A stretch of 64,000 nucleotides of DNA from Candidatus Latescibacterota bacterium (GCA_965237525.1 CBDEFO010000007.1:576001-640000), one strand, 5' to 3'. Shown: positions 30,960 to 43,111, counted from the first letter of the stretch. Program-made: numbers and translations. Notes: generated by a model not told the origin, from the letters alone.

Positions 30960-32446
30960 TTACCCCAAAGTTGAGGGATACGGACCGTATTCGACTACGA
31001 TTTCCACATCTTCAATTATCACTCCTCCTTTGAACCCATCGGGTCTCCTATCCAGCAACACCTCTAACAGGTTCTCACCCTTGTGCGGACGTTCCCCTTC
31101 CAGGAGGAATTCCAACCACTGGCCGGCGTACGGAACATTACTATCTGTGATCTTATGTGTTCCACCAAAGGTGCGCGTGCAAGTCTCTTCGGACAGAGAC
31201 CTCCCGTTCAGCAGGATCGCAAGGTTGTCCGCCGTCACCAGATTACTGACGTTGATCCTAAGTCGTACTTCACGCACGCGATCAGAAGAACCTTGTATAT
31301 CATCTGATACATAGAAGGGGATCTCATAGCTTATGTTCGGGTCAGCAGACGGGATTTCAATCGGAAGTGCCGCATCGTAGACAAGCCCGACGTCTACCAC
31401 ATTTTCGCACCGCCTCGCCAAAACGTAGTGCTTTTTCCCTGCTTTTGATAGTTCTGGATCGCCTATCTCCGTGAGAATTCTACGCTCTGCATCTCCTAAT
31501 GGCCACTTCAAAAACCAGGTGTAGAGTCCATCGACGCCGCGATCCCAGAAGTTTCCCGCAGCAGCTCGCATCATCTCAGGCGTGGCATAGTTTCTCAGAT
31601 GAGATCCTACGCTCTCGTCTTCTGACCAGGGTTGAAGCACTGGGTAGACAGATGCGCTGTCGTTTTGATGAGCCGATTGAATGAGCCAATCGATGGGCAT
31701 GTCAGGGTCGAGTATAAAGTAGCCGTACAAAAGCGGCACCACAAAGTCAACGATTCCCTCCTCAAACCACGTGCGTACATCTAACCCCGCCTCAAGACAC
31801 ATCTTTTCGGTGGGGAATACTCGAGCGCCGATCTGACCGGGGTTGCCGGGCCTGTTTCGGACCATTTGGGAGATCTTACCGACGTACTCTGTCATCAATG
31901 GAGTTTGCTTTTCCACTTCGTCGGGCTTGAAGAAGAACGGGGGGTAGCCGAAGTCGAGCTCTATCCCCTCTACAGAATACTCTGTGGCCAGCTCCTCAAG
32001 GACTGCAAACTGATGATCGCGCGCCTCTGGATGAGCAAAGTTCAGACAGCCATCCATCGGCCCGGGCACACCGATCTGATAGCTTGGGTCACTTCCGCTG
32101 AAGGATCCCATACGCAGGCTAGCAAAAAAGTCCAAACCTACCTCATGCGCCCTGTCGATGAGTACAGTTAGTGGGTCGAGGCCCCTGTCAATCAGGCTCT
32201 GCATATTCTTCCGCGCACGCCAAGCATACGCGAATGGACTTTGATCTCCACCCCATTGTTGTCCGATCTTAGAGGGGTAGAAGAGTCCGCCGCTTGAGAC
32301 GCCGTAGATGAACGTGTCAACGGCGGTGCCGGCCACCTCATCTCATCTATCGGTCTCCAGGCGTCCTCCAACTTCATGGGCGGCTCGAAGGCGTACAGGT
32401 AGTAATGTCGCGCATCATTAAAGTAGATCGTTCGACGTCGTCTCAT
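30960..32446 (-). pseudogene. Glycosyl hydrolase-like TIM-barrel protein, frameshifted at ~32340
   Basis: IYFNDARH N-terminus joins VAGTAVDT after removing a 5-bp ATGAG duplication; ASLRM, GIELDF. Confidence 0.7.
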
Positions 32447-32591
32447 GGGTAGTCTCCTTACTTAAGTCTTAATCTGTTAAGACGGGAGTTATCCGATCAT
32501 GTAGAACGCCTAACTGACAAACTCCATTACCGTATTGGCGGTTTGGAGATGACTAGTCACGCTATAAGAGAAGATCATCTTTCCTCTGCTA

Positions 32592-33362
32592 CTATATAAT
32601 GCCAGATCCTAAACTGAGTGCAATTACCGAAAGCATCACTGCTACAATGACTTGGATCGAACGCATTGTAACCTTTTTAACTAACCGATTTCCAATATAT
32701 GCTCCCAAGAATGCAGAGAGAATAGCTGCGGTTAAGAGCGCATTATGGCCGGCGCCCGAGAGTGAAAAATGAGAACTATAGATGGAGATTCGGGCGACAT
32801 CCACCAGACAGGCTATCACAACGCCTGTAGCGATGAAACCTTCTTTTGTTAGACCGCACTTGATAAGAAAAGCACTTCGCAGTGCCCCTTGATGTCCTGA
32901 AAGGCCTCCGAAAAAACCGCTCAAAATCCCTCCAACAGGGAGATAATTCTTCTCAAAGGATATATTTTCAAATCTCGGCAGTACTTCCAATAGCGCAAAG
33001 AATATCATCAAAATCGCAACGATAAGTTTCACAGGCATAATTTGAAAGTGATGGTCTAATAGTTGGTATCTGATCAACGGCTGCAAATCCGAAAGCCACA
33101 GTAGACCCCGCGCACCCAAGAGGGCCGCCAATATAGCGGGTAGGCCGAAGCGGAATACTGTGGTCTTGTCGGCGTGTCTGCCCAACAGTGCAAGTTTAAA
33201 CAGATTGTTGAAGAGGTGCACCACTGCTGTGAGGGAAACAGCGACATCTATGGGAAAGAATATCGCAAATAGAGGCATCAAAAGGGTGCCCAATCCGAAG
33301 CCGGAAAAAAGGGTCAATCCTGAGGCAATGACCGCACCGACGCAGATTATGAGATATTCCAT
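32592..33362 (-). CDS. TauE/SafE (TSUP) family transporter
   Basis: SGFGLGTLL, GFFGGLSGHQGALR. Confidence 0.85.
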   Translation of the reverse strand: MEYLIICVGAVIASGLTLFSGFGLGTLLMPLFAIFFPIDVAVSLTAVVHLFNNLFKLALLGRHADKTTVFRFGLPAILAALLGARGLLWLSDLQPLIRYQLLDHHFQIMPVKLIVAILMIFFALLEVLPRFENISFEKNYLPVGGILSGFFGGLSGHQGALRSAFLIKCGLTKEGFIATGVVIACLVDVARISIYSSHFSLSGAGHNALLTAAILSAFLGAYIGNRLVKKVTMRSIQVIVAVMLSVIALSLGSGII

Positions 33363-33876
33363 AATGATTTGAAGACCTTGTGCGGTCTTAAACCCTGCAG
33401 TTCCTTTTTAAGCTGGTTCGGCGTCATTATTCCCTTTTCTGTCACCACGCCAGTTATGAATTCCAAAGAGGTCAAGTCAAAGTAGTAGTTTATGGCCGTG
33501 ACGTTGTGGATATTTTCCGATAGAATTTCGACAGAATCTTGCAACTCTTGAAATTGAAGTGGATAGTCTGCTGGCAGGAGTTTCTCCGAACCGCAGAGCG
33601 CATAGACGTCAATTTCCAAACTCCCTAGCCGCCAAGGCCAAACACAGAGTTCCGATTTTGTTGACCAGCCCTTTGGCCGACAGGGAATCTGCCCCGATAA
33701 GCACTATCTGGGCCTGTGGCAAGATGGAGCAGACCGCGGCGTCAATTACAAGCTTAACTCTAATACCCTCACCACCTAACTTCGCGGCCAGATTTACGCC
33801 CTCGTTGATGGGTCGAGATTCTGTGCAGATAACGTCGAATCGCACTCCTTTTGCTTTTGCTAAAAGGAGCGACTTA

Positions 33877-35397
33877 GAAGCCTTGTGAAAAACCCTTAGA
33901 TTCAGAAAGTAGTATAGAACAAGCATTGATAAAGCAGCTCCGATGTATTATATTATGTTATTGATAATATTATACATGGAGGAAACAATGACCCCACAAA
34001 AGCAGGAACAGACAAATCCGATGTTTCACTATTTTCAGATGGAGGATTTAGTTCCCGAGGATCATATCCTTCGCCAGATTGATGAGGCAGTTGATTTTTC
34101 ATTTGTACGAGACGTTGTATCAGATTGTTATTGCCCTGACAATGGCAGACCCGGTATTGATCCTGAATTAGTTGTTCGAATGATCCTTATTGGCTATCTG
34201 TATAATTTGAGTGAGAATCGGCTCTGTCAGGAAGTGGGGATGCATGCGGCATATCGGTTGTTTTGTCATCAGACATTTGATGATGCGGTTCCGGATAGGA
34301 GCACGATCAACAAGCTTCGCAATCACAAGTGGGCATCCAGTGGGTTGTTTGAACGGATAATGCGTCAGGTAGTCCAGTGTTGCATAGATGTCGGTCTTGT
34401 GAGCGGTAAACACCTTAGTGTCGACGGCACTCAGATACAAGCTGATGCTTCAGTGAAAAGTATTGAGCCGATAGAACCCCCTGTTTCTCTTGATGATTAT
34501 CTCAAGGGAATCGGTTTTGAAGGTGATAAGACAAAGGGTAGGTCCGGGCATCCTCAGGATAAAGACTTTCATGGTGAAAAGTGGACGAACCAAACACACC
34601 GTTCGACTACAGACCCCGACGCGCGCTTATACAGCAAATCGAAGGGCAAAGGGGCTTTTCTCTCGTTTATGGGCCATGATCTGATCGACACAAAAAGCAG
34701 AGTAATCCTTGAGACTCAGGGCACGCAGGCGACAGGGACAGCAGAGCCCGAAAGTGCCCTTAAGATGGTAGATGACCTTGAAACATACACCATGCCCAAA
34801 GACATTCAGACACTTAGTGCCGATACCGGTTACGGTTCTGGTAATTTTATCGCTGATGTACTTGACCGGGGAATCATACCCCATATTCCTCTGCGAGCCG
34901 ATGAGAAGATTGAACCGATTCCTACATGGAAAAACAAGACAAATCCAGCACATATTCAGGCCGAACGGGATAGAAAAGTGCGAGAGGCGAAAGCCAGAAA
35001 TCATGCACGGTCTATCTCATTAACAGCTGACTACAAACTCTCCCGGAGACTCCGTAAACGCAGTGAACATATCTTTGCTGAAGCCAGGCAACAACACGGT
35101 ATGGGACGAGCCCGTTACAGAGAACTAGCCTCACTGAATGAACAGTTGAATCTTGTTGCAACAGTACAGAATCTCAAGAGGCTTGTATCTTTCATAAGAA
35201 GGGGGAAAGCGTCTATGTGTGCCCTGTCTGTCAAAGACAGTGCATCCTGTTCTTCAAACAGCTCCTGTTCCTTGCTGACCAGAACTCTGATAAGACTATT
35301 TTGCTTATTCCACAGCAAAACGATACGATATGCTACTCTTTGACCCATAATCGGCGCTTCAGACGCTGCCTGGGACATAACTATTTCACAAGGCTTT
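33877..35397 (+). mobile_element. IS1182-family insertion sequence, copy 2 (1521 bp)
   Basis: Same TIRs; removing it plus one TA restores TVLKSLLLA. Confidence 0.92.
33988..35343 (+). CDS. IS1182-family DDE transposase
   Basis: Differs from copy 1 at only a handful of residues. Confidence 0.9.
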   Translation: MTPQKQEQTNPMFHYFQMEDLVPEDHILRQIDEAVDFSFVRDVVSDCYCPDNGRPGIDPELVVRMILIGYLYNLSENRLCQEVGMHAAYRLFCHQTFDDAVPDRSTINKLRNHKWASSGLFERIMRQVVQCCIDVGLVSGKHLSVDGTQIQADASVKSIEPIEPPVSLDDYLKGIGFEGDKTKGRSGHPQDKDFHGEKWTNQTHRSTTDPDARLYSKSKGKGAFLSFMGHDLIDTKSRVILETQGTQATGTAEPESALKMVDDLETYTMPKDIQTLSADTGYGSGNFIADVLDRGIIPHIPLRADEKIEPIPTWKNKTNPAHIQAERDRKVREAKARNHARSISLTADYKLSRRLRKRSEHIFAEARQQHGMGRARYRELASLNEQLNLVATVQNLKRLVSFIRRGKASMCALSVKDSASCSSNSSCSLLTRTLIRLFCLFHSKTIRYATL

Positions 35398-35849
35398 TAA
35401 GGACTGTGCAACTGTACGAATGGGTTATTATGGTTGTATCGTTCTGTATCAGTTGCGCGGCGACCTCAGCGATCGCTCGTCCAGCACTTTTCAACTGATC
35501 GATGAAATCGCGACAGGAAGCGCGCAATACTTGTCTGATTTCCTCTGTCTTGCACACTTTATCAATGTCGCACAGGGTTCTATTGGCCAGATTGAAAATA
35601 GATGCCATAGCAGGTTGCGCCGCTACCAGAGCTTTTGCCGCAGTCCCTATACTGTCAGTAAGTTGGCGAGCTGACGAGACACCGATATTTTCAGCCAAGA
35701 GGGTCAGGGTCTCGGCCGCTTTTATCGATAGCTCCACAGCTCCGCTAGTGTTATCTGATCTTATTTCCTCAATCCCCGATAGATTCAATCTTTGGCCTTC
35801 AATCTCTTTGGGCAGTTTCATCGGCAGGTTCCCTGTGCTCTTGACAGAG

Positions 35850-36992
35850 TCAACGTTCGACCTTGTAGCTGATCCGGTAAATTACGTCCGCTTGATCGTC
35901 TGAGACCAAGAGCGCCCCGTCCGGCATAACGAGAACATCCACAGGGCGTCCCCATGCCCGGCCGTCTTGCAACCAGCCATTTGCAAAGACTTTGTATTTA
36001 ACCGCTTGGTTGTCTACAACTTGCACGAGTGTTACGCGATATCCGATCGGGGTGCTGCGGTTCCATGACCCATGTTCGGCGATAAAGATCTGGTTTCGGT
36101 ACTCATCCGGGAACATCGTGCCTGTGTAAAAGCGCATGCCGAGTGAAGCCACATGTGGTCCGAGTTTCATCGCAGGCGGTATAAATTCCTCGCATTTTCG
36201 CTTGTGGCCGAACTCGGGGTCAGGAATATATCCTCCGTGACAGTAGGGGAAGCCGAAATGGAGACCACTCTGTGGCGCACGGTTCAATTCATCCGGAGGA
36301 AGATCGTCACCTAACCAGTCGCGCCCGTTATCGGTGAACCAGAGCTCCTGCGTCTGGGGATGCCAATCGAATCCCACTGAGTTGCGAACGCCGTGGGCGA
36401 AGATCTCCAAGCCTGTGCCATCGGGCTGCATCCGCATAATGGAGGCGTAGCGGCTATCTTCGCGCTCACAGACATTGCACGGTGCTCCTACCGGTACGTA
36501 GAGCAGTCCATCTGGACCGAAGCGGATGAACTTAAGGCCATGATGCGTATCTTTTGGGAAAGTGTCGTCCACCACGACGGGTCTGGAAGGATACTTTATG
36601 TGCGCTTCGATATTATCGTATCTTATGACGCGGTTTATCTCGGCCACATAGAGTACGCCGTTTCGAAGTGCCACGCCATTTGGCGTGTTTAACCCCTGCG
36701 CGATTACGATGACCTCGTCGGCTCTGTTGTCCTTGTTAGTGTCCAGAACGGCGTAGACATTCCCTCCATACGTGCCGATAAATAGTATGCCGCTTTTGCT
36801 CAGCACCATCGAACGGGCGCCTTTCACGTTGTTCGCATAGATGCTGATCTGGAACCCCGGCGGCAGTTTGATTTTACCCAGCGGCAACTCCTGATCGCCG
36901 CATGCGGGCAAGCAGAAGAGTGTGAAAGTCAAAAAGAGCAGCCAAAGGACAGCCATTGAGCATTTGGGAACGTTATGCTTGGTCAATTTCAT
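35850..36992 (-). CDS. PQQ-dependent sugar/sorbosone dehydrogenase family
   Basis: GVRNSVG, TDNGRD, HGSWNR, GRPVDV. Confidence 0.9.
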   Translation of the reverse strand: MKLTKHNVPKCSMAVLWLLFLTFTLFCLPACGDQELPLGKIKLPPGFQISIYANNVKGARSMVLSKSGILFIGTYGGNVYAVLDTNKDNRADEVIVIAQGLNTPNGVALRNGVLYVAEINRVIRYDNIEAHIKYPSRPVVVDDTFPKDTHHGLKFIRFGPDGLLYVPVGAPCNVCEREDSRYASIMRMQPDGTGLEIFAHGVRNSVGFDWHPQTQELWFTDNGRDWLGDDLPPDELNRAPQSGLHFGFPYCHGGYIPDPEFGHKRKCEEFIPPAMKLGPHVASLGMRFYTGTMFPDEYRNQIFIAEHGSWNRSTPIGYRVTLVQVVDNQAVKYKVFANGWLQDGRAWGRPVDVLVMPDGALLVSDDQADVIYRISYKVER

Positions 36993-39033
36993 CACCTCCA
37001 ACGGTATTTTTGACTTTATCAGAAAATTCTAATGTTTGCCTGCCGGCTTCTATCGTTTTGATAATTGCATCCACATCGTAGACACACCCTCCCCACGTGC
37101 CACCGCCGATGTTCTGGAGCGTAGCCCACAGGCGCGTGTCGTCAGGAAGCATTTCGTCGGCGGTAAGATCCGGACGCGGCGATCTTTCTGCCAGAATTTG
37201 GGTACCCTTTTCGACTCCGAAGGTCTCCTCACCGTGACCTACCAGATCTACACTCCCTTCGAGGCGGTTCCGATCGATAACGATCTGGATGAGATCGCCG
37301 TCTATCACCTTTCCGATAGGGCCACCTGCCAAAGCTTCCGGCCCGATGTGTCCTATGCAGGCGCCGGTTGAGACACCCGAGAATCGGGCATCGGTGATCA
37401 GGGCGACATGCTTGCCAAATGAAAGATACTTGAGGGCGATCGTAATCTGAAGTACCTCCTCCATACCCGTGCCCATGGGCCCTCTGCAACAGAGTACCAT
37501 CACATCTTTCGGTTTAATTCGATCTTCGCCCTGACTCTTGATAGCCCTGATCGCGTCTTTTTCACGGACAAAGACGCGCGCAGGCCCTGTTTTGCGATAG
37601 ACACCGTCGTCATCGACGACGCTCGGATCGATCGCCGTGCTCTTAATCACTGAGCCTTCAGGGGCGAGGTTTCCGCGCGGGAAAGACACAGTGCTCGTAA
37701 GTCCGCGTTCCTTGGCGATTTCGAGACTCATAATCACGTCCTTCGGATCGACGCCGTCCTTTTCCATCAGGAGGTCTCTTAGACGCTGGCGGCGTTCGGA
37801 CTTTTCCCACCAATCGAGCGTTCGCCCAAGTGGTTCTCCCGATACTGTGACGACGTCTTCGTTCAACACGCCTAAGTTTCTTATGTGCAACATCACTTCG
37901 GGAACCCCGCCGGCTAAAAAGAGCTGGACAGTCGGATGGCCAACGGGACCATTTGGGAGGACATCTACAAGGCGTGGCACTTTCCGGTTGACCTCGATCC
38001 AATCTTCCACGGTGGGGCGACTTAGTCTTGCAGCGTGAGCGATCGCGGGGATATGCAAAAGCAAATTGGTGGATCCTCCGAAGGCGGCATGGAGGATCAT
38101 CGCGTTCAGGATGGCTTCATCCGTAATGATCTTTTGCATAGTTATTCCCTTGTCCTCCAGATTCACAAGGGCGCGGGCGGATCGCTTTGCCATATCAAGC
38201 CAGATCGGCTGTCCCGAAGGGGAAAGAGCAGCGTGGGGGAGCGTCATCCCCAAAGCTTCTGCGACGACTTGTGAGGTGGCGGCTGTCCCCAGAAATTGGC
38301 ATCCTCCGCCCGGGCTTGCGCAGGCTTTACAGCCAAGATCGGCGGCGTCCTGCAGGGATATCTCCCCGTGCGCGAAACGCGCCCCGATCGATTGGACCTT
38401 AGCCGTATTCTCGCCTTCTGCCGGAGGCAGCGCCACACCGCCAGGGACTAATATGCACGGCAAATCGCACATTGCAGAAAGTGCCATCATCCCTGCTGGC
38501 AGTCCCTTATCACAAGTTGCCACTGCCATCACGCCTTTGCGCCTTGGAAGCGACCGAATAAGGCGGCGGAATATCTGTGCGGCGTCGTTACGATATGCAA
38601 GGCTGTCCATCATTCCGACTGTGCCCATCGTGCGTCCGTCGCACGGATCTGAACAGTAACCCGCAAATGGAATCGTGCCGAGCGCTTTGAACTCGTGCGC
38701 AGCCTCCTGCATTAGTAGCCCCACTTCCCAATGCCCCGTATGATAACCGAGCGCAATCGGAGTGCCGTCTGGCGCGCGGATTCCCCCCTGGGTGCTCAAG
38801 ATTAAGAACTCTTTACGATTAAGCTCATCGGGCGCCCACCCCATTCCTGCATTGTGGCTCAAAGCGAAAATATCGCCGCTGGACCAGTTGAGCAACATGT
38901 CCTCCGTAAGAGGCAAACTCCCCTGGGGACCAGGCGAGTTGGTCTCTACATCATAGATAGCAGAATCTTCAAATCCAAGTATCTCGTCCAGATCAATCGT
39001 TAGACTAAGTTCGTTATTCCTGGTAGATGCCAT
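36973..39033 (-). CDS. YjhG/YagF-family xylonate dehydratase (IlvD/Edd family)
   Basis: [40 protein letters not shown]. Confidence 0.92.
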   Translation of the reverse strand: MASTRNNELSLTIDLDEILGFEDSAIYDVETNSPGPQGSLPLTEDMLLNWSSGDIFALSHNAGMGWAPDELNRKEFLILSTQGGIRAPDGTPIALGYHTGHWEVGLLMQEAAHEFKALGTIPFAGYCSDPCDGRTMGTVGMMDSLAYRNDAAQIFRRLIRSLPRRKGVMAVATCDKGLPAGMMALSAMCDLPCILVPGGVALPPAEGENTAKVQSIGARFAHGEISLQDAADLGCKACASPGGGCQFLGTAATSQVVAEALGMTLPHAALSPSGQPIWLDMAKRSARALVNLEDKGITMQKIITDEAILNAMILHAAFGGSTNLLLHIPAIAHAARLSRPTVEDWIEVNRKVPRLVDVLPNGPVGHPTVQLFLAGGVPEVMLHIRNLGVLNEDVVTVSGEPLGRTLDWWEKSERRQRLRDLLMEKDGVDPKDVIMSLEIAKERGLTSTVSFPRGNLAPEGSVIKSTAIDPSVVDDDGVYRKTGPARVFVREKDAIRAIKSQGEDRIKPKDVMVLCCRGPMGTGMEEVLQITIALKYLSFGKHVALITDARFSGVSTGACIGHIGPEALAGGPIGKVIDGDLIQIVIDRNRLEGSVDLVGHGEETFGVEKGTQILAERSPRPDLTADEMLPDDTRLWATLQNIGGGTWGGCVYDVDAIIKTIEAGRQTLEFSDKVKNTVGGDEIDQA

Positions 39034-39054
39034 GTGGTTTCTCCCCACCGAGAT

Positions 39055-40005
39055 TTATCTTTTAACAATCTTATAATTCTTGAAACCTCCGATCTGTCTT
39101 CCACCTAAAAGTTCCTGCTCGATGTAAGTCAATAGCCTGTATCTAATTTTTTCATGTTTATACTTTTCCCTATTTGGATTCAGTCTACCTGTATATTGAA
39201 GTCTATCTTCCCAACAAAATTCGTCAATGCGATCCTTCATAACTTTAGGATGACTTCCAGTAAACTCCTGTAATAAATCTAATGGCCCATAATCAAATGC
39301 CCCTTGAGCATTCTTATGAATTTGATTAGCCTTGTGCAGTCCCTTGTGAATTATATCTAATGCCCGTCTTTTGGTCTGCATGTATTCCGGCGGTCTTACC
39401 CAGCCGTAATGATAAATAGCTGCATCAACCTTGGCGACTTTGAGTTTGTATGTACCCTTTTTCTGTCTATAACTTTTCCCATCGAAATCTGGAATCCTTC
39501 TGAAAGATTGTGCCGACTGCCACGAATGAATATCATCATTATTTCTAATAATTCTAATCTCGTAAGGATACCATCTATGTGAAATATGATAATGGTTGTA
39601 GTCCCCCCAGAAATGTTTGTATTTAAAGAGCAGACCCTCTACTTCTCTATAATCTATTAATTCTTCACATCTCCTTTTTATGATGGGCAAATATTTTTCG
39701 TGTACAACTTCATCTGCTTGTAAATAGAAGAGCCATTCACCAGTACATTGGCCTTTTGCAATATCTGTCTGATGGGCATTTTCCATTCCGCCAGGATATG
39801 CTTCAATATCCCATATTGTATTGATTATTTTAATCTTATCTGAATCTATGCTTTCTATTTCTTCTCTCGTATGATCATCTTCATCACAGTTACCTAAAGC
39901 GACAATGAACTCATCCACAATCGGCAAAACAGATAGTATAGATTGCTTGACAGGATAGTATAATTTGGTGGCATTTTTGATCATAGTAAAGCCGCTAATC
40001 TTCAT
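39055..40005 (-). CDS. Glycosyltransferase family 2
   Basis: MKISGF, YLQADEV, YHYGWVR; the longer ORF start lies inside the IS3 end. Confidence 0.85.
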   Translation of the reverse strand: MKISGFTMIKNATKLYYPVKQSILSVLPIVDEFIVALGNCDEDDHTREEIESIDSDKIKIINTIWDIEAYPGGMENAHQTDIAKGQCTGEWLFYLQADEVVHEKYLPIIKRRCEELIDYREVEGLLFKYKHFWGDYNHYHISHRWYPYEIRIIRNNDDIHSWQSAQSFRRIPDFDGKSYRQKKGTYKLKVAKVDAAIYHYGWVRPPEYMQTKRRALDIIHKGLHKANQIHKNAQGAFDYGPLDLLQEFTGSHPKVMKDRIDEFCWEDRLQYTGRLNPNREKYKHEKIRYRLLTYIEQELLGGRQIGGFKNYKIVKR

Positions 40006-40142
40006 AAGAACCTCTTCTAAGGTTACCGAGCCGGCACCCTTACATTGGATAGTTACGAACAGAATAGACCAAAGACATACCCAAAACATCAGAATATCAA
40101 AAGTGACGTGAACCCATTTTTCTGAGCACGAAATCGGACGGG

Positions 40143-40985
40143 TTAAGCAAGTTTTTTGCAATTTTGTGCTTCATACTGTGCCTCGAATTCTCCAGGCGTC
40201 AGATAACCCAGTGCTGAGTGGATACGCTGGTCATTGTAAACCACATCCAGAAAGTGACTCAAATGCACCAAAGCGTCCTCAAAATCCACGTATTCTTGTT
40301 GCCATACTTCCTCATCCTTCAGATGACCAATCGCGCTTTCTACGAATGGGTTCTCCCAAGCTTTGGCCTTAGATGCCATGCTTGTCTCGGCACCTACTTC
40401 CCAAAGCACCTTACGGTAGCCAGCCGCCGTGTATTGAGACCCCCGATCCGAATGGTGTATCTCCGGTCGGTGTCCTGTCTTAAATGCTTTGGAAAGTGCT
40501 TCTTGGGTCAAGGCACAAGACAGACTACGACTCAAAGCCCAACCCCGTATCATACGGGTAAAGATATCCAAGAGCAGAGCAAGATAAAGCATAGAACCGT
40601 TCGCCAAGAAAATGTAGGTGATGTCCGCACACCATACCTGGTCAGGACGTTCAATCTTAAGACCCTTCAACAGATTGGGCAAAGGAGGCTCGTGGGCCTT
40701 GCTTGTGGTCGTTAGGACTTTGTGCCGTCTAGGCTTAACCGACAAACTCATCTCTTTCATCAACCGTAGAACCCTTTTATGGTTCACCCGGTATTGCCCC
40801 CTGTGGAGCATCGGGGTCACCCTTCGATACCCGTAACGAGAATGGTGTAAACAGACGCTCTCAATTGCCTTTCGCAGTCCCTGATCATCTGAAGCCTGAC
40901 AAGTGTAATAAAAACTGCTACGTGCTAAACCTATTACGTCACACAATAAACCGATGTCAAACTCATTGGCCACTTGACGGACCAA
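40143..40985 (-). CDS. IS3 transposase OrfB
   Basis: YGYRR, WCADITY, HHSDRGSQY, ENPFVES, RIHSALGY. Confidence 0.92.
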   Translation of the reverse strand: MVRQVANEFDIGLLCDVIGLARSSFYYTCQASDDQGLRKAIESVCLHHSRYGYRRVTPMLHRGQYRVNHKRVLRLMKEMSLSVKPRRHKVLTTTSKAHEPPLPNLLKGLKIERPDQVWCADITYIFLANGSMLYLALLLDIFTRMIRGWALSRSLSCALTQEALSKAFKTGHRPEIHHSDRGSQYTAAGYRKVLWEVGAETSMASKAKAWENPFVESAIGHLKDEEVWQQEYVDFEDALVHLSHFLDVVYNDQRIHSALGYLTPGEFEAQYEAQNCKKLA

Positions 40986-40999
40986 CTCCTTCTTCTGGG

Positions 41000-41293
41000 C
41001 TACCGAAAGGCGAAGTAGCCGGAGAGTTTTTTTGAGGCTTCTAACTCCAGGGTCAAACGCCCTACAAGACGCTCTAACTCTCTCATGCGTTGCGCCTCGG
41101 CACTGGCTTGTTGGGAGTCGATCTCAAATATCTTGGGAGCTCGATCAACAAATTGCTGCCGCCAGCGGGTCAACAACGATTCACTCAAATTGCGTTCCCG
41201 GCAGATCCGAGCAGGACTCTTACGACAACTTAACACATCCAATACACACTCAAGCTTGAACTCAGGTGTAAGGATACGACGTTTAGATGACAT
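41000..41293 (-). CDS. IS3 transposase OrfA (HTH)
   Basis: TPEFKLECV..LTRWRQQF, leucine-zipper-like end. Confidence 0.88.
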   Translation of the reverse strand: MSSKRRILTPEFKLECVLDVLSCRKSPARICRERNLSESLLTRWRQQFVDRAPKIFEIDSQQASAEAQRMRELERLVGRLTLELEASKKLSGYFAFR

Positions 41294-41584
41294 GACAACC
41301 CCCTGTGGACTCTTTTTTTGAACTCTCACATGATTATAAAACTTGCTAAGCCATTTGTCCAGTTTTTGGGGTTCACGTCAAAGTTACACAACACTCTGAT
41401 ATTATAAGGAAAAATCCCCGTGTGATCAAGATAAAAGTTTGCTTGACTTTTTATATAAACTTGCTTAATTTTCGTCGTGATCCTTGTTCTCAATCACAAG
41501 GGTATTGACATGGGCCTATTCTCAGGTTTAAAATAATACGTTGACAATTGATCGATATTTTATCATATTTCCTTAACAAAATCT

Positions 41585-42574
41585 ATGAAAAATATCGCGC
41601 TCAAACGATTAGATGAACTCTTAGATAGCTTCTCATCTCTCAAGATCCTCGTCTTGGGCGATCTTATGCTCGACGAATACCTGTGGGGCAGGGTCGGGCG
41701 GATTTCGCCTGAAGCTCCTGTCCCTGTTGTAGAGGTAGATTCAGAATCCATAAGGCTCGGTGGGGCCTCCAATGTGGTCAACAACGTCAGTTCCCTTGGC
41801 GCAATCGCCATTCCTGTGGGAGTCGTAGGAGAGGACAGTGCGGGGGAACGACTGATAGAGGAGCATGAGAAAGCGGGTTTCACTACTGCTGGGATAATAA
41901 AGGATCCGTTCAGAAAGACCACGGTCAAGACCCGTGTAATAGCTCACAGTCAGCACGTTGTCAGGGCCGACATAGAAACCACTGATCCTTTAGATGGCAA
42001 GGTATCAAACAGAATAATTAAATTTATTGAGGAAGTAATTGATGATATAGATGCAGTTCTCTTTGAGGACTACAACAAAGGCGTTATCACCAGAGACGTC
42101 TTATCTCAAACTATACAGCTAACTAAAAGCAGAGGAAAACTTACCGCCGCAGATCCCAAATTCGACAATTTCTTCGAATTTAAAGAGGTGACTCTCTTTA
42201 AGCCCAATAAAAAGGAGGTTGAAGGCGCGCTGGGAATCAGGATCGGTTCAAACGAAGATGCTGTACAGGCCGGACAGGAACTTCAAAGGCGTCTCAAGTG
42301 TGAAAACGTTGTGCTGACAAGAGGCGCAGAAGGCATGTCTATCTTCGAAAAGGACAAAAAGGTATCTCATATTGAAACTGTCGCCAGGGAAGTCTATGAC
42401 CATTCGGGAGCAGGCGATACGGTGATAAGTGCTCTTACAGTAGCTTTAGCCGCCGGATCAGACCTTAAAGAGGCCGCCATTCTGGCAAACCACGCCGCGG
42501 GGGTGGTCATCTCTGAAATAGGGATCGTCCCTGCATCGCGTGAAAATATCAGAAAGTCATTTATGAACAATTAG
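41585..42574 (+). CDS. hldA: D-glycero-manno-heptose-7-phosphate kinase
   Basis: RISPEAPVP, GGASNV, SGAGDTV. Confidence 0.92.
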   Translation: MKNIALKRLDELLDSFSSLKILVLGDLMLDEYLWGRVGRISPEAPVPVVEVDSESIRLGGASNVVNNVSSLGAIAIPVGVVGEDSAGERLIEEHEKAGFTTAGIIKDPFRKTTVKTRVIAHSQHVVRADIETTDPLDGKVSNRIIKFIEEVIDDIDAVLFEDYNKGVITRDVLSQTIQLTKSRGKLTAADPKFDNFFEFKEVTLFKPNKKEVEGALGIRIGSNEDAVQAGQELQRRLKCENVVLTRGAEGMSIFEKDKKVSHIETVAREVYDHSGAGDTVISALTVALAAGSDLKEAAILANHAAGVVISEIGIVPASRENIRKSFMNN

Positions 42575-42585
42575 CGGATAGGAAC

Positions 42586-43059
42586 TTGGGAAGAACAGTA
42601 TCACTTCAGGAGCTGATCGCCATTAGGAAACAGCTCAAAAAGGAGGGTAAGAAAGTAGTCTTCACCAACGGCTGTTTCGACCTTATACACAGAGGGCACG
42701 TTGAGTACCTCAAGCAGTCAAAAGAAAGGGCGGATGTCCTAGTAGTAGGTTTGAACACTGACGATTCCGTCAGGCGACTCAAAGGGAAGGGGAGACCCAT
42801 CCTTCCCTTGGAGGACAGAGCTTCCGTCCTTGCGGCATTGGAGGTTGTAGATTACGTGTCCGTCTTCGGGGAGGACACACCCTTACAGATGATCAAAAAG
42901 ATACTACCGGATATCCTCGTCAAAGGAGGCGACTATACCGCAGATCAAATAGTGGGCAAAGAGGTTGTTGAGGAATCCGGTGGACAGGTGTTGACTGTAG
43001 ATTTGATAGCGGCTCTATCCACGACGGATATTATCCAGAAGACTAAGGGCAAGATTTAA
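42586..43059 (+). CDS. hldC: D-glycero-manno-heptose-1-phosphate adenylyltransferase
   Basis: FTNGCFDLIHRGH, LVKGGDY. Confidence 0.92.
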   Translation: MGRTVSLQELIAIRKQLKKEGKKVVFTNGCFDLIHRGHVEYLKQSKERADVLVVGLNTDDSVRRLKGKGRPILPLEDRASVLAALEVVDYVSVFGEDTPLQMIKKILPDILVKGGDYTADQIVGKEVVEESGGQVLTVDLIAALSTTDIIQKTKGKI

Positions 43060-43111
43060 AGCCTCACATCATCCTAAATATCTAGCCGTCCCTTAATGGG
43101 GGTGTTTAAAG

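Larger units (their letters stand above)
33347..35821 (-). pseudogene. eIF-2B-like (IF-2B family) gene split by IS1182 and frameshifted
   Basis: DNTSGA, QPAMA, ITHSYS in the 5' part; TESRP..EG, GADS, NKIGT, FDLT in the 3' part. Confidence 0.85.
40104..41380 (-). mobile_element. IS3-family insertion sequence (1277 bp)
   Basis: TG..CA TIRs TGACGTGAACCC, 3-bp AAG target duplication, orfA/orfB with A7 slippery site near 41030. Confidence 0.92.

Noticed and set aside
40006..40161. N-terminal extension of the GT2 ORF
   Set aside because: Reads through the IS3 terminal repeat; the real start is MKISGF at 40005.
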